Positions 43,614-52,572 of a stretch of DNA of 64,000 bases are shown piece after piece. Position numbers and translations under genes: made by a program. Below the pieces are notes generated by a model that saw only the letters and a program-made list of their open reading frames with translations, searched no databases and was not told the origin of the DNA. Where the stretch lies: positions 1 through 64,000 of the IMG/VR virus record IMGVR_UViG_3300022902_000012. One strand, 5' to 3'. This DNA is from an uncultured virus (IMG/VR IMGVR_UViG_3300022902_000012). Lineage: Duplodnaviria > Heunggongvirae > Uroviricota > Caudoviricetes. The first letter of the stretch is position 1; the number at the start of each line of letters is the position of its first letter.

Positions 43614-45629
43614 ATGGAAACTACTACAATCCTGGAAGCCGCCCCGGACCTCGGCACCTTCACGCCCCTACCAGATCCCAACGATATCCCTTGGTCACAG
43701 CGTGCACATGATCCTACAGCTGGCGGCCGGCTCCCCCACCCCAGTGCGGCACTCAAAGAGAGCATCGCCCAGGACCCCGACGCTGAGCTCATCCTCAAGG
43801 CAGCCCTCGACCTGCAGCACCGAATCGAGCTGGCTCGTCGCTCCCCCCTCCATCTCCTCATGCTTTGCTTCAGGCAGCCCAACGGAGCCGAGCTCTTCGT
43901 CCCCTCCTTCTATCTGGAATGGGATAAAGCCACCAGGACAGAGGGCCGCATCCTCTTTGAGGCCCCCCGTGGCGTAGGAAAGTCCGCCTTCATGATCGCC
44001 GCGGCCTTGTGGGCCATCGGTAACAATCAGAACATCCGCATCAAGTGGATCGGCCCCTCCGACGGTAACGCCCAGAAGAGGCTCGCCGTCATCCACGAGG
44101 TCTTGGATAACCCCAACCACATCTACCACCTGATCTTCCCCGGCATCGAGAAGACACCCAAGTCCTCCAAGCGGAAGAACAACCAGTCCCAGCTCAACCT
44201 GAAACGTACCCTCGACTCCCCCGACCCGACCATCGAAGCTCTCGGCGTCATGTCCTCCGGCGTCGGTGGCCGCTCCGAGATCCAGATCTGGGATGACTAT
44301 GTCTCGGAATCGAACACTATCCTCAACCCAGCCATGCGCCCCAAGGTCCTGTCCAAGATGCAGAAGGACCACCTGGGTACCCTCCTCCCAAAAGGCGTCG
44401 TCTGGAACGTCTTTACGCCCTGGTCGCAGGATGACGCCAATGCCTACTTCAAGGAAAACACCTCCTGGAAGCTCCTCCGCCACCCTCACGGGATAGACGG
44501 GGACCCGTACCATTCCATCTTCCCGCAGCTCTGGCCTTCCCACAGGCTCAGGGAACGTCGTGCCGACATGGGCGAGCATGGTTATGCTGCAGCCTACCTG
44601 CTCCGTCCCAGCGCCGCGGGCGTCATTCCCATCCTCCCGCAGCACCTCCGCCTGTTCGACAGAGCCATCCTCAACCAGGCCAAGATTCTGGCCGGCGACA
44701 CCCGCGTCATCATCACCATCGACCCGGCCCGTGGAGAAGAACTGGACAAGGGCGCCCTGTGCCCTGTCGGTATCAGCATCCAGATGTATGTACCGAGAAC
44801 ACTGCCGGGGGACTCCCCTTCGGGGAGCACCCCGCGGGTAGTAGACCCTACCTCGGACAATCCCGACAACGACGAGGAGCTTTCCTTCAAGGGACTCCCC
44901 TTCGAGATCTTCCAGATCGATGCCTTCGAGTGCTACCTGTCGACCGCCGACCAGCCGAACCTCATCTGGCACCTGGCTAACCTCTACGGCGCCCACTACA
45001 TCCTGGTCGAACGGGAAGCCTTAGCCGACCTGCACACCTGGCTCGAGCAGCGGCGTCACACCCTACTCAGACAAGCAGGAATAGACCCGGCCAAGCTCCC
45101 TGTCAAGAAAGGCATCGGCGCAGAGGTCGTCCCGGTCAGCTCAGACAACCTATCCAAAGGGCAGCGGCTCCTCTCGATCACCCCATACCTCCACCTCCCT
45201 GAGGCAAGCCCAGGTGTCCCGGCCCCCCCGGTCATGTACTTCCACCCTCGGTGCATCAGGCCCCGCCCCGAGATGGAGCTCCTCCATGTCCCCAACTACA
45301 GGTCCATCGAGGTCAAACGAGATCTCCGGGAACAGACACTCTCTTTCCCCGCCAAGTACAAGGACATCATCGATGCCGTCGTCCATGGCGTACGTTGGAT
45401 AGTTCGTTCCCTCGTCGGCCGAGACCCTTACGGACTGTTCGTCGAGAAGGATCAAGAGCAGGGCCCCCTCCAAGTGATTTCTTTGTCTCTTCGAGACAAA
45501 GAACGAGACGAACCAGGGTCAGGCGCCAGGGCCAAGCTCAAGCCAGGCTCGTCCGACAACCCAGACCCCGAACCCAATCCCTTCAAGAAGCGACACCGCC
45601 GCAAGGTCAAACCACCCGGCTTCCGCTAG
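43614..45629 (+). CDS. terL: Terminase large subunit
   Basis: Walker A 'APRGVGKS', Walker B 'IWDD', 'TPWSQDD', 'FPQLWP', nuclease 'ITIDPA', 'ILVERE', 'KDIIDA'. Confidence 0.88.
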   Translation: METTTILEAAPDLGTFTPLPDPNDIPWSQRAHDPTAGGRLPHPSAALKESIAQDPDAELILKAALDLQHRIELARRSPLHLLMLCFRQPNGAELFVPSFYLEWDKATRTEGRILFEAPRGVGKSAFMIAAALWAIGNNQNIRIKWIGPSDGNAQKRLAVIHEVLDNPNHIYHLIFPGIEKTPKSSKRKNNQSQLNLKRTLDSPDPTIEALGVMSSGVGGRSEIQIWDDYVSESNTILNPAMRPKVLSKMQKDHLGTLLPKGVVWNVFTPWSQDDANAYFKENTSWKLLRHPHGIDGDPYHSIFPQLWPSHRLRERRADMGEHGYAAAYLLRPSAAGVIPILPQHLRLFDRAILNQAKILAGDTRVIITIDPARGEELDKGALCPVGISIQMYVPRTLPGDSPSGSTPRVVDPTSDNPDNDEELSFKGLPFEIFQIDAFECYLSTADQPNLIWHLANLYGAHYILVEREALADLHTWLEQRRHTLLRQAGIDPAKLPVKKGIGAEVVPVSSDNLSKGQRLLSITPYLHLPEASPGVPAPPVMYFHPRCIRPRPEMELLHVPNYRSIEVKRDLREQTLSFPAKYKDIIDAVVHGVRWIVRSLVGRDPYGLFVEKDQEQGPLQVISLSLRDKERDEPGSGARAKLKPGSSDNPDPEPNPFKKRHRRKVKPPGFR

Positions 45630-45650
45630 CTCAAGTAATGGCTTGAAGCA

Positions 45651-46094
45651 TCACCCAACATTCTTCAGCAATCGAGCAAGCTCAATGACCTCTCCATCTT
45701 GTCCGTAGGCATAGATGGTGAACGACAACACCATCTCCCCGCCGAGGAGGGCGGTGTCGTCGTTTTCATACCTCACTACCATCCATTCGGGAGGGTTACC
45801 AGGATCGGGGGGGCTACCTGATCCAAGTTTCAGTTCAGTCGGACCGTGCCCAAGAGACATCAGGTACTCGGCGCACTCCTCTGGCGTGTCGAAATGTTTC
45901 CACCCCCAGGTCTGGGCCTGATTCCGGTCGGCTTCGTCATCCCTATCCCCAATGTGGCTCCAGAGGACATAGAGCTTCGAGGCTGAAAAGTCACCCCCCT
46001 TTGGGGGTGGATCAGCCAGTCCCTCTTCGGAGATGTCTGCAAGGGCTTGCAGGCGTTCTTCCTCCAGACCTTCGTAGTAGATATGAATCAGCAT
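45651..46094 (-). CDS. Hypothetical protein
   Basis: 147 aa, acidic. Confidence 0.55.
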   Translation of the reverse strand: MLIHIYYEGLEEERLQALADISEEGLADPPPKGGDFSASKLYVLWSHIGDRDDEADRNQAQTWGWKHFDTPEECAEYLMSLGHGPTELKLGSGSPPDPGNPPEWMVVRYENDDTALLGGEMVLSFTIYAYGQDGEVIELARLLKNVG

Positions 46095-46162
46095 GGGTAC
46101 CCCTTGCTAAAGGTTGAGTGGTGGATGGTCACATCAGGCAGACCCGGCACGTTGTTTTCCCG

Positions 46163-47203
46163 CTACTGATCTCGGAAGTTCCATCCCAACTTATTTGATA
46201 GAAACTCCCGACGCTTGTTTTTTCCCCCAGGTGAGGCATCGGGACGCCAGCTCCCTTGTAGTTTAGCCCCCAAACCCATAGCTGCCGTTACCTCATAAAG
46301 TCCTAATTTATCCATACCGTAATGGTATTGTGATGGATGTGTCTGTTCCAGAATCTGGAAACGACCCCCGGACCCACAAGGTTTTTCGAGGTGGGCTCCG
46401 AAGCAGCACCACATGCATCCAGTTCTTCTCACCCCCATTTCCCCTTCATAGCAATCTGCTATCTGCAGCCGCTCTCGCCGAATATAATTCCAGATGTCTT
46501 GTTCAGTCCAGAAGGATAGAGGTCGGCCGACGGGGCCACCACGAACTGTCCCTTCATACATGTTGCAACCAAAACGAACCATCGAAGATCGTCGGGCTCG
46601 GGAATCTCCAACCATTGTCCCGACCATGGGGCGGAGATTTCCGAGCTTCTTCTGTGCCCGTTGCATAGGTTCAACCTTGAGTATGTAGCAACACTTTTCA
46701 CTAACCTTAAATGGGGCGGATGCCAATCCCCAGAACTTGCGAGGGACACCGTATTGTTTGGCTCTCCCCTCGGCCAGGGGTTTGCCACCATTGAGAATTA
46801 CTTTCGCCCGTTCGGTTCGTCCAGCAATCCAGTGTCTACTGGCATAACGGATCTTCTCGGCATGTTGTTTACTCACAACAGGATACCCTTCATCAATGAG
46901 AACACGACGGAATGGTTTCGAGGGACGAACGGTAAAGATGTTGTCAGTCTGCTCGACTTGTCTCACCACCTCAGGGAACTCAACTCCGGTATCCCCGAAG
47001 ATGCCCAACACACTCGGGTACGTCTTTCGGACAATATCCAGCAAAACCGTGGAGTCTTTTCCCCCACTGTACGAAACGCAGATTTTGTCCCCCCAATGCC
47101 TATGCCACAACCAGATTCGTTCCATGGTGGCTGCAACCTTTTGTGACAAAGGGAGATCAATCATCTCTTTGAGCAGCCACCGACGATCATCCTCGCGACT
47201 CAT
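46163..47203 (-). CDS. PAPS-reductase-family (PP-loop) protein
   Basis: 'VSYSGGKDSTVLL', 'DTGVEFPE', 'KCCYILK', 'RTGCMWC'; visibly lower GC than flanks. Confidence 0.88.
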   Translation of the reverse strand: MSREDDRRWLLKEMIDLPLSQKVAATMERIWLWHRHWGDKICVSYSGGKDSTVLLDIVRKTYPSVLGIFGDTGVEFPEVVRQVEQTDNIFTVRPSKPFRRVLIDEGYPVVSKQHAEKIRYASRHWIAGRTERAKVILNGGKPLAEGRAKQYGVPRKFWGLASAPFKVSEKCCYILKVEPMQRAQKKLGNLRPMVGTMVGDSRARRSSMVRFGCNMYEGTVRGGPVGRPLSFWTEQDIWNYIRRERLQIADCYEGEMGVRRTGCMWCCFGAHLEKPCGSGGRFQILEQTHPSQYHYGMDKLGLYEVTAAMGLGAKLQGSWRPDASPGGKNKRREFLSNKLGWNFRDQ

Positions 47204-47428
47204 CTACTTAGACCTACCAACAGGCTGCAGCGCAACCACCCGGCCCTGACTCATCGATACCTCCACCCGATTCAAAGCCCCAAACATAGGTCCATCAGGA
47301 TCCACGGGCTGGTAGGACAAGAACTCCAAGGCCCGATTCAGGACGGCTTCAACAGCATCCATGTCGGCACCCTCCGGCACAGACACCTCCAAGTTGATCG
47401 TCGCCAGGTACTCATCTCGAAGTTCCAT
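47204..47428 (-). CDS. Hypothetical protein
   Basis: 74 aa, GAGGAG RBS. Confidence 0.5.
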   Translation of the reverse strand: MELRDEYLATINLEVSVPEGADMDAVEAVLNRALEFLSYQPVDPDGPMFGALNRVEVSMSQGRVVALQPVGRSK

Positions 47429-47431
47429 CAG

Positions 47432-47878
47432 CTACTCCTCCTCGAATCCAATCAACAAGATAGACAACACGCTCCGCCCCATCGCGGACAAGGTATCCCC
47501 GTCGAGTAACCCCATGTGCAGGAGCTTCGTCTGGGTCCCTATAGAAGGCTGGCTTAGGTGTGTCGGCCGATGCCACCACAGCACAGCCTTACGCTGAGCA
47601 TCCGTCAGATTCCAGGCTACCCGACCCTCTTTGTTGTAGTTCAAGAGCCAGCACCCCTCCCCAGCTCTACTAACCTGAATCCCAATAGTCTCCAGCTGCC
47701 GAAGCATGTCAGGCAACTTCATCTTTACCTGGACATCCTCTCTGAACCGGGGATGTAGCTCGAGGATAGGTTGGTTGCCCCCCTTCATAGGATTACCCCG
47801 GACAACAAACACCCCCGAGTCAGCAAGCCCCAACTTCTTCAGGATGAACCGTAGCTTCCCAGCAGTAAGTTCTTTCAT
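47432..47878 (-). CDS. Hypothetical protein
   Basis: 148 aa in a coupled gene chain. Confidence 0.5.
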   Translation of the reverse strand: MKELTAGKLRFILKKLGLADSGVFVVRGNPMKGGNQPILELHPRFREDVQVKMKLPDMLRQLETIGIQVSRAGEGCWLLNYNKEGRVAWNLTDAQRKAVLWWHRPTHLSQPSIGTQTKLLHMGLLDGDTLSAMGRSVLSILLIGFEEE

Positions 47879-48075
47879 CAGCGCATCAACCTATACGTCC
47901 GGATCTTGTCGGTCAGTTCCCCAAGAGGGACATCCGGAGCCTGCCCAACGGAGCCGGCCGCGGCAGCCACAAATAATGCTGTCTCGATCATAGTAGCAAT
48001 CAACAATCTCCATACATACACCAGGTCCTTGACCCGATCGATCTCTGCGACCTTCAACCTAAAATCTCTATCCAC
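47878..48075 (-). CDS. Hypothetical small membrane protein
   Basis: Hydrophobic segment 'LLIATMIETALFVAAAAG'. Confidence 0.4.
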   Translation of the reverse strand: MDRDFRLKVAEIDRVKDLVYVWRLLIATMIETALFVAAAAGSVGQAPDVPLGELTDKIRTYRLMR

Positions 48076-48343
48076 GATTCAGTTTCTCCAAGAACTCCAA
48101 CCCGCAGGCTGCAGTGGCTTCAGTGATTCCTACCCTTGTGGTAGCCAAATGGAGTCCATCAGGAAACTCTGGACATACAGGTACCGAGATTTCGCACCTC
48201 CAGGTCTTGTCTTCTCCATCAGCAGACCCCCCGAGGATCCTCACACACCCCCCATACTGAATCCGGATCTGATTCAGAACATCTTCCCCCACGGGCATGA
48301 CTGTATCTACTTCTCTAGGGATAGGTGGTCTTTCCCTAACCAT
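48068..48343 (-). CDS. Hypothetical protein
   Basis: 91 aa, overlapping start/stop chain. Confidence 0.45.
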   Translation of the reverse strand: MVRERPPIPREVDTVMPVGEDVLNQIRIQYGGCVRILGGSADGEDKTWRCEISVPVCPEFPDGLHLATTRVGITEATAACGLEFLEKLNRG

Positions 48344-48662
48344 CCTGGTTCTCTCTTTCCAGGAGTCTCAGACCTGCAGCTGTAGGCCTAAACAGGCGGC
48401 CATCTGGAGTGCCACGTTCCAGATTCCCTGCAGCTTCGGCGGCCATTGCCTCCTCAAAGAGCCATGCAGCATCACAGATGATTCCTCTCAGGCAGTGACG
48501 CACAATGCCCGAGTAGTCTCGATCCCTCTTTCGGGGGTGGTCGAAACAGATGTAAGAACCGTTGGCACGTTGGCGCATGTAACCTTGAATAGCCTCGTTG
48601 TGATACCTCTCCCCACAGATATCACAATCTTCGCGGCGACTGTTGCTATCGTCGAGGTCCAT
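48336..48662 (-). CDS. Hypothetical protein
   Basis: 108 aa, 'CDICG'. Confidence 0.45.
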   Translation of the reverse strand: MDLDDSNSRREDCDICGERYHNEAIQGYMRQRANGSYICFDHPRKRDRDYSGIVRHCLRGIICDAAWLFEEAMAAEAAGNLERGTPDGRLFRPTAAGLRLLERENQDG

Positions 48663-50236
48663 TATTTGCTACCGTCGTCCGTGGCCACCCTCCAGGTCTT
48701 GAAGCCGGCCTTAACCATCCGGCGGGCAAGTTCATCCCCACCAGCACCACGCCCGATCAGGTCGACGAACTGCTTCGGGCTGACCGTCAGGATGGTCGAA
48801 GGCGCTTCGGCCTCTCGGCCAGCGATGACCTGGATGTCAGGCCGATCAGCATCCAGCCCCACCTCGTAGGTGTCCTCATCCAGGAAGTGCTTCTGGAACC
48901 AGTCGGCCAGGTCGCCGTTCAACACCACCTTCTTCGGCTCGGCAGGACTCCCCTTGCCCTTGACTGCATTGAACAAAAAGCCCTTGTGCTCTTCGGAGTC
49001 GGACACCTGAGCCAGCAGCTTCTCATCCTTGATGGCCTTGAAGTTCCCCTCAGCCGAGTGCGCCGGCACAGTCACCGTCACCGCCCGCAACACACCCGTC
49101 TCGGCCACCCCGCCGAGCAACTTGATCTTGCTCGACTTGAACCCCAAGAAGTCGGCCAGCGTGAGATCCTTGAAGGCCCCCTGACGAACCCCGTCGAGCA
49201 CCTTCCACACCCGCTCCTGCACCTGCTCCAGCTTCACCCCCTCCACCATCTGGGCCTCAGCCACTTCCCCCTCAGCCTCGATGAGGTCGTCCACCGCTGC
49301 GGCCACATCCCCATCCTTAATTGAGAGAAGTTGTTTACGCCGATCGATTAAATGCTCCATTTTTATTCCTCCTCCTTTTGCAGTTGTTTGCCAGTCTGGC
49401 CAGAAAACCTGACCGTTCCGATTAGGATAAGCTCTCCGTTCTGGACCTCCGTTGAGGAGGAGATCTTCCTGATGAGTTTTTCCATGTATGAAGTTCTCAA
49501 GAGTAGGCCTCTTCAGTCCGTGCTTCTCGCACATCTCCTGTTTGTAATCGGAAAACACCCACCAGTCTCTTCTCGGGACACTGGGGCCAAGAAGCCCTCT
49601 CTCTTGGATAGGAGCACAGCCCGCCCGGATCTCTCTGACAACACCCAAAGGTATGCCTGATTTTCTTCCCCCCCTCCCATCCTCCGCCATTTGCTTCGAG
49701 TTCGCCTGGTAGGTCCCTAAATAAAGATGGCTGGGTCGACAACACTTTCTGTTGTTGCATAAGTGACATACAAGGAATTTTGGTCTGACTGGTCCATAAG
49801 AAAGAACCCAGACCATTCGGGATGCAGCAGTGGCTAGACTCTGAGATTTTCCAGCTTGGCTCCCGGGATAACGGACACCTACTGTAAAGCTCCCATACCC
49901 TTGCCTCTGGATAAGACTTCCCGTCCATTCCCAGCAAGAGGTGTCTATCCGTTCTGAGTGGGGCTCTCGCTCCGTACATGATACTCGACTCCAGAGGCGG
50001 TTCTCTAGCCGGTATGGGAAGAGGAGATGTTCACGAAGATTGGCTACCCCCTCTTCCGATTCCAGTACGGACTGCCGCACTTGGCGCATCGTACGGGTGT
50101 CTCCGGTTTCCGTGGGAACCATGAGTGGCCGCACCGCTCGCATGTGCATGAGGGCAGTACGATCTGCTCGCCTGGCTTCGGATTCTGATGGGATGACTTT
50201 TTGGACTTGTCCGCTTTCATCTTTGATTTTCTCCAT
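48662..50236 (-). CDS. HNH endonuclease fused in frame to a downstream acidic protein that has its own start at 49360
   Basis: 'CWEWTG', 'GYGSF', 'VCHLCNNRKCCRPSHLYLGT'; AGGAGGAGG RBS before internal ATG 49360 (MEHLIDRRKQ). Confidence 0.75.
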   Translation of the reverse strand: MEKIKDESGQVQKVIPSESEARRADRTALMHMRAVRPLMVPTETGDTRTMRQVRQSVLESEEGVANLREHLLFPYRLENRLWSRVSCTEREPHSERIDTSCWEWTGSLIQRQGYGSFTVGVRYPGSQAGKSQSLATAASRMVWVLSYGPVRPKFLVCHLCNNRKCCRPSHLYLGTYQANSKQMAEDGRGGRKSGIPLGVVREIRAGCAPIQERGLLGPSVPRRDWWVFSDYKQEMCEKHGLKRPTLENFIHGKTHQEDLLLNGGPERRAYPNRNGQVFWPDWQTTAKGGGIKMEHLIDRRKQLLSIKDGDVAAAVDDLIEAEGEVAEAQMVEGVKLEQVQERVWKVLDGVRQGAFKDLTLADFLGFKSSKIKLLGGVAETGVLRAVTVTVPAHSAEGNFKAIKDEKLLAQVSDSEEHKGFLFNAVKGKGSPAEPKKVVLNGDLADWFQKHFLDEDTYEVGLDADRPDIQVIAGREAEAPSTILTVSPKQFVDLIGRGAGGDELARRMVKAGFKTWRVATDDGSK

Positions 50237-50243
50237 GCACCCT

Positions 50244-50273
50244 ACTGTGCAGTAGACTGTAACAGTTTGTCAA
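50244..50273 (-). promoter_or_regulatory. Putative promoter with two palindromes, HNH cassette 1
   Basis: TTGACA (50273-50268), 18 nt, CACAGT; palindromes ctactg-tg-cagtag and actgt-a-acagt; ATG 7 nt after the -10. Confidence 0.45.
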
Positions 50274-50285
50274 TTCAATTTCCCT

Positions 50286-50993
50286 TTAGTGGCGAAGGAA
50301 TGCCACCCGCAACGGTAGGTCAGTCCCCTCACTCTTGACCAAGGAATTCATATGGAAACACCTCCTGCAACCATGGCACCCCCGCTCGGGGGGGACGTTC
50401 CGTTGGTTCGGTACATGCAGGATCTGCTTGAGGCAGTTGTTCATCTCATCCCCGACACCAGGTGTCACTCCGCAGATGTCGGCGCACAGAGGCCACCCTA
50501 CCTTCTCCCAAGGGTCTCCAGTCTCAGCATCAGTCGACGCCCAGATCCACAGGCCTCCGTCCCCTATCTCGACAGCCTCCACCCAGGCATCTATCCACTT
50601 CCGGCCCAGGCGCCAGGTCCTCGAGTAGGCATAGCAAACTAGGTCAACCCCAAAGTCTTCCCTTATTGCCCGAATAGCTAATGCCAAAGCGAGGAGATAC
50701 TCTATACAGAAGAAATCTCCCGAGGAGTGTATTCGCACAGGTCCAGCTCCAGCCATAAGGAGCTCCCTGGTCAGACGTCGTGCCAACCCGTCAGTTCCTC
50801 CCGCATCAAGTTCTTCCTGGAGTTCCCTCAAGTTCCTGACGTGCGCTTTCCTAACGTGCTCGTAGCGAAAATTCCCTTTGCAACCATAACAAATGGATCT
50901 ACAAGACTCCGTCGAGCCGGGGCAAGAAAGGATAGCAGGGAGGTTCAGGGTCCAGATCCCACCAAGTGACTTATTGATCGTAAGAAGGCTCAT
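50286..50993 (-). CDS. Phage Gp88-like protein (Cys-cluster, radical-SAM-related)
   Basis: 'NLPAILSCPGSTESCRSICYGCKG', 'VRIHSSGDFF', 'YAYSRTW', 'CHGCRRC'. Confidence 0.75.
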   Translation of the reverse strand: MSLLTINKSLGGIWTLNLPAILSCPGSTESCRSICYGCKGNFRYEHVRKAHVRNLRELQEELDAGGTDGLARRLTRELLMAGAGPVRIHSSGDFFCIEYLLALALAIRAIREDFGVDLVCYAYSRTWRLGRKWIDAWVEAVEIGDGGLWIWASTDAETGDPWEKVGWPLCADICGVTPGVGDEMNNCLKQILHVPNQRNVPPERGCHGCRRCFHMNSLVKSEGTDLPLRVAFLRH

Positions 50994-51802
50994 TATCTGG
51001 TCTTCTTCCGAACAGGCCAGCCAATTGCCCCATACCGACCTGGGTATGCACTACGGCTAGGGGGCCCACCGGCCACCAGGTCATGCTGATAGGTGTTACC
51101 CCTGATGATATTGGTGACAGACATCCTTGATGCCCCCGTCTCCTGCATGACTTGCAGAATTAATTCTAACTCTGGGCTAGATCGTAAAGGTGCTCCGGGG
51201 CCAAGGAGACCCCTTTTGTAGAGACCATCTGCTCTCTTTCGGATGTTTCGTACCTGGGCACGACTGAACAGGTACCGAGCTTCAAACATCGGGAATCTTC
51301 CGTCCCTTACTGCATGCAGATTATTCACCCTGGCGGAACCGGCATAGATGTGGCTTGGACGGACACAGGGTTTGTTGTTGCATTCATGGCAGATGAAAAG
51401 CCCTTTTGGGATGGGGCCAAAAGATAGCGCCCAAGACATCCTATGAGCCAATACAGACTTAACCTTCGTCAGTGAAAAGTGGCCGTAGCCCGTTGCCATC
51501 AGTGCACCTGTCCAATGCCAACAACCCCCTTTACTCCGCTGAGGTTGCACCCTGGCCCAGAAACGAACCTCGAGTCTGTAGGGATGGAGGAGGTGTTCTC
51601 GGATGGCATCTAACCCCTCTTCCGATTCCAGTACGGGCTTTTGCATTTTGCGCAGCGCAGAGGGACTCCCTCTTTCCTGGGGTGCCAACGGTGGCCGCAC
51701 ACTTTGCATGTGAACGATGGCAGCTTGATCTGCGGCTTCCGCTTCGTTTTTGGTTGGCCTGACTTCTTCGATTTGTCCGCTTCCATTTGCTTTCCTTATC
51801 AT
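50993..51802 (-). CDS. HNH endonuclease, paralog of 48662-50236
   Basis: 'GCWHWTG', 'GYGHF', 'AHRMSW', 'ICHECNNKPCVRPSHIYAG'. Confidence 0.8.
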   Translation of the reverse strand: MIRKANGSGQIEEVRPTKNEAEAADQAAIVHMQSVRPPLAPQERGSPSALRKMQKPVLESEEGLDAIREHLLHPYRLEVRFWARVQPQRSKGGCWHWTGALMATGYGHFSLTKVKSVLAHRMSWALSFGPIPKGLFICHECNNKPCVRPSHIYAGSARVNNLHAVRDGRFPMFEARYLFSRAQVRNIRKRADGLYKRGLLGPGAPLRSSPELELILQVMQETGASRMSVTNIIRGNTYQHDLVAGGPPSRSAYPGRYGAIGWPVRKKTR

Positions 51803-51804
51803 TC

Positions 51805-51837
51805 CTCTGGTGTACACCAGAGTGTACACTCTGTCAA
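51805..51837 (-). promoter_or_regulatory. Promoter with two overlapping perfect palindromes, HNH cassette 2
   Basis: TTGACA (51837-51832), 17 nt, TACACC (51814-51809); palindromes ctctggtgtacaccagag (51805-51822) and cagagtgtacactctg (51818-51833). Confidence 0.65.
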
Positions 51838-52067
51838 GAGGTTTATGCCCCTGGTTCCCATCTGTTGCACGTCCTCCCCAAGCTCGGCAGAGTCCAGAAC
51901 AATTTGCCCGGGGGTGGATTGAACCCTGAGCAGTTGAGGGTGTACGCCTCGGGATGAATAGGATGAGGGTGAGGGGGTTGGGTGGTCAAACGACAGGTCC
52001 CACAACACCGCAAGCTCTTCCACCCCTTCGGGGGGCGGTAGGGTTGATCCTGGCCCTGGCTCATAAT

Positions 52068-52424
52068 TCACCCCCGAGGGACAGGCCCCAACACCCGCTC
52101 GAGCACAGCAAACCCGCACGCCAGAGGATCTTCCCCTCCGGTCCTCTGCATCTCAGCAACGATCATGTCCTCGAGGCACAGCTCACCCGTTCCGATCTGA
52201 CCGAGCAACCGACGGTACTCAAGTCCCTGACAGGCCGCCTCAAAGGAAGCCCCCACCGTCCTCAGGTAGGTCCCTATGTCCAGTCCCCCGGTTCGTGCCA
52301 CCATCGCAGTAGCAGTCCCACCAACGGTCACAGCTTCTTGCGGAGAAAGGTCAAGGGCATCCCCCCGCAACAGGTTCGTCAGCACATTGATCGCCACTCC
52401 AATTCTTTCCTCATCGGTCATCAA
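52068..52424 (-). CDS. Hypothetical protein
   Basis: 118 aa in a coupled chain. Confidence 0.45.
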   Translation of the reverse strand: MMTDEERIGVAINVLTNLLRGDALDLSPQEAVTVGGTATAMVARTGGLDIGTYLRTVGASFEAACQGLEYRRLLGQIGTGELCLEDMIVAEMQRTGGEDPLACGFAVLERVLGPVPRG

Positions 52425-52572
52425 GACTCCATCAGCTCCTCGGCGATCACAGCGACCGCCTCCTCGGGATTCAATTCCCCCCGCCAGCTACGACAGGCAT
52501 GCAGAATGTTGCACCCAACCAGCAACTGTTCGGGTCGAACAACCAACTTCACCACGATCCTCACATAGAACA

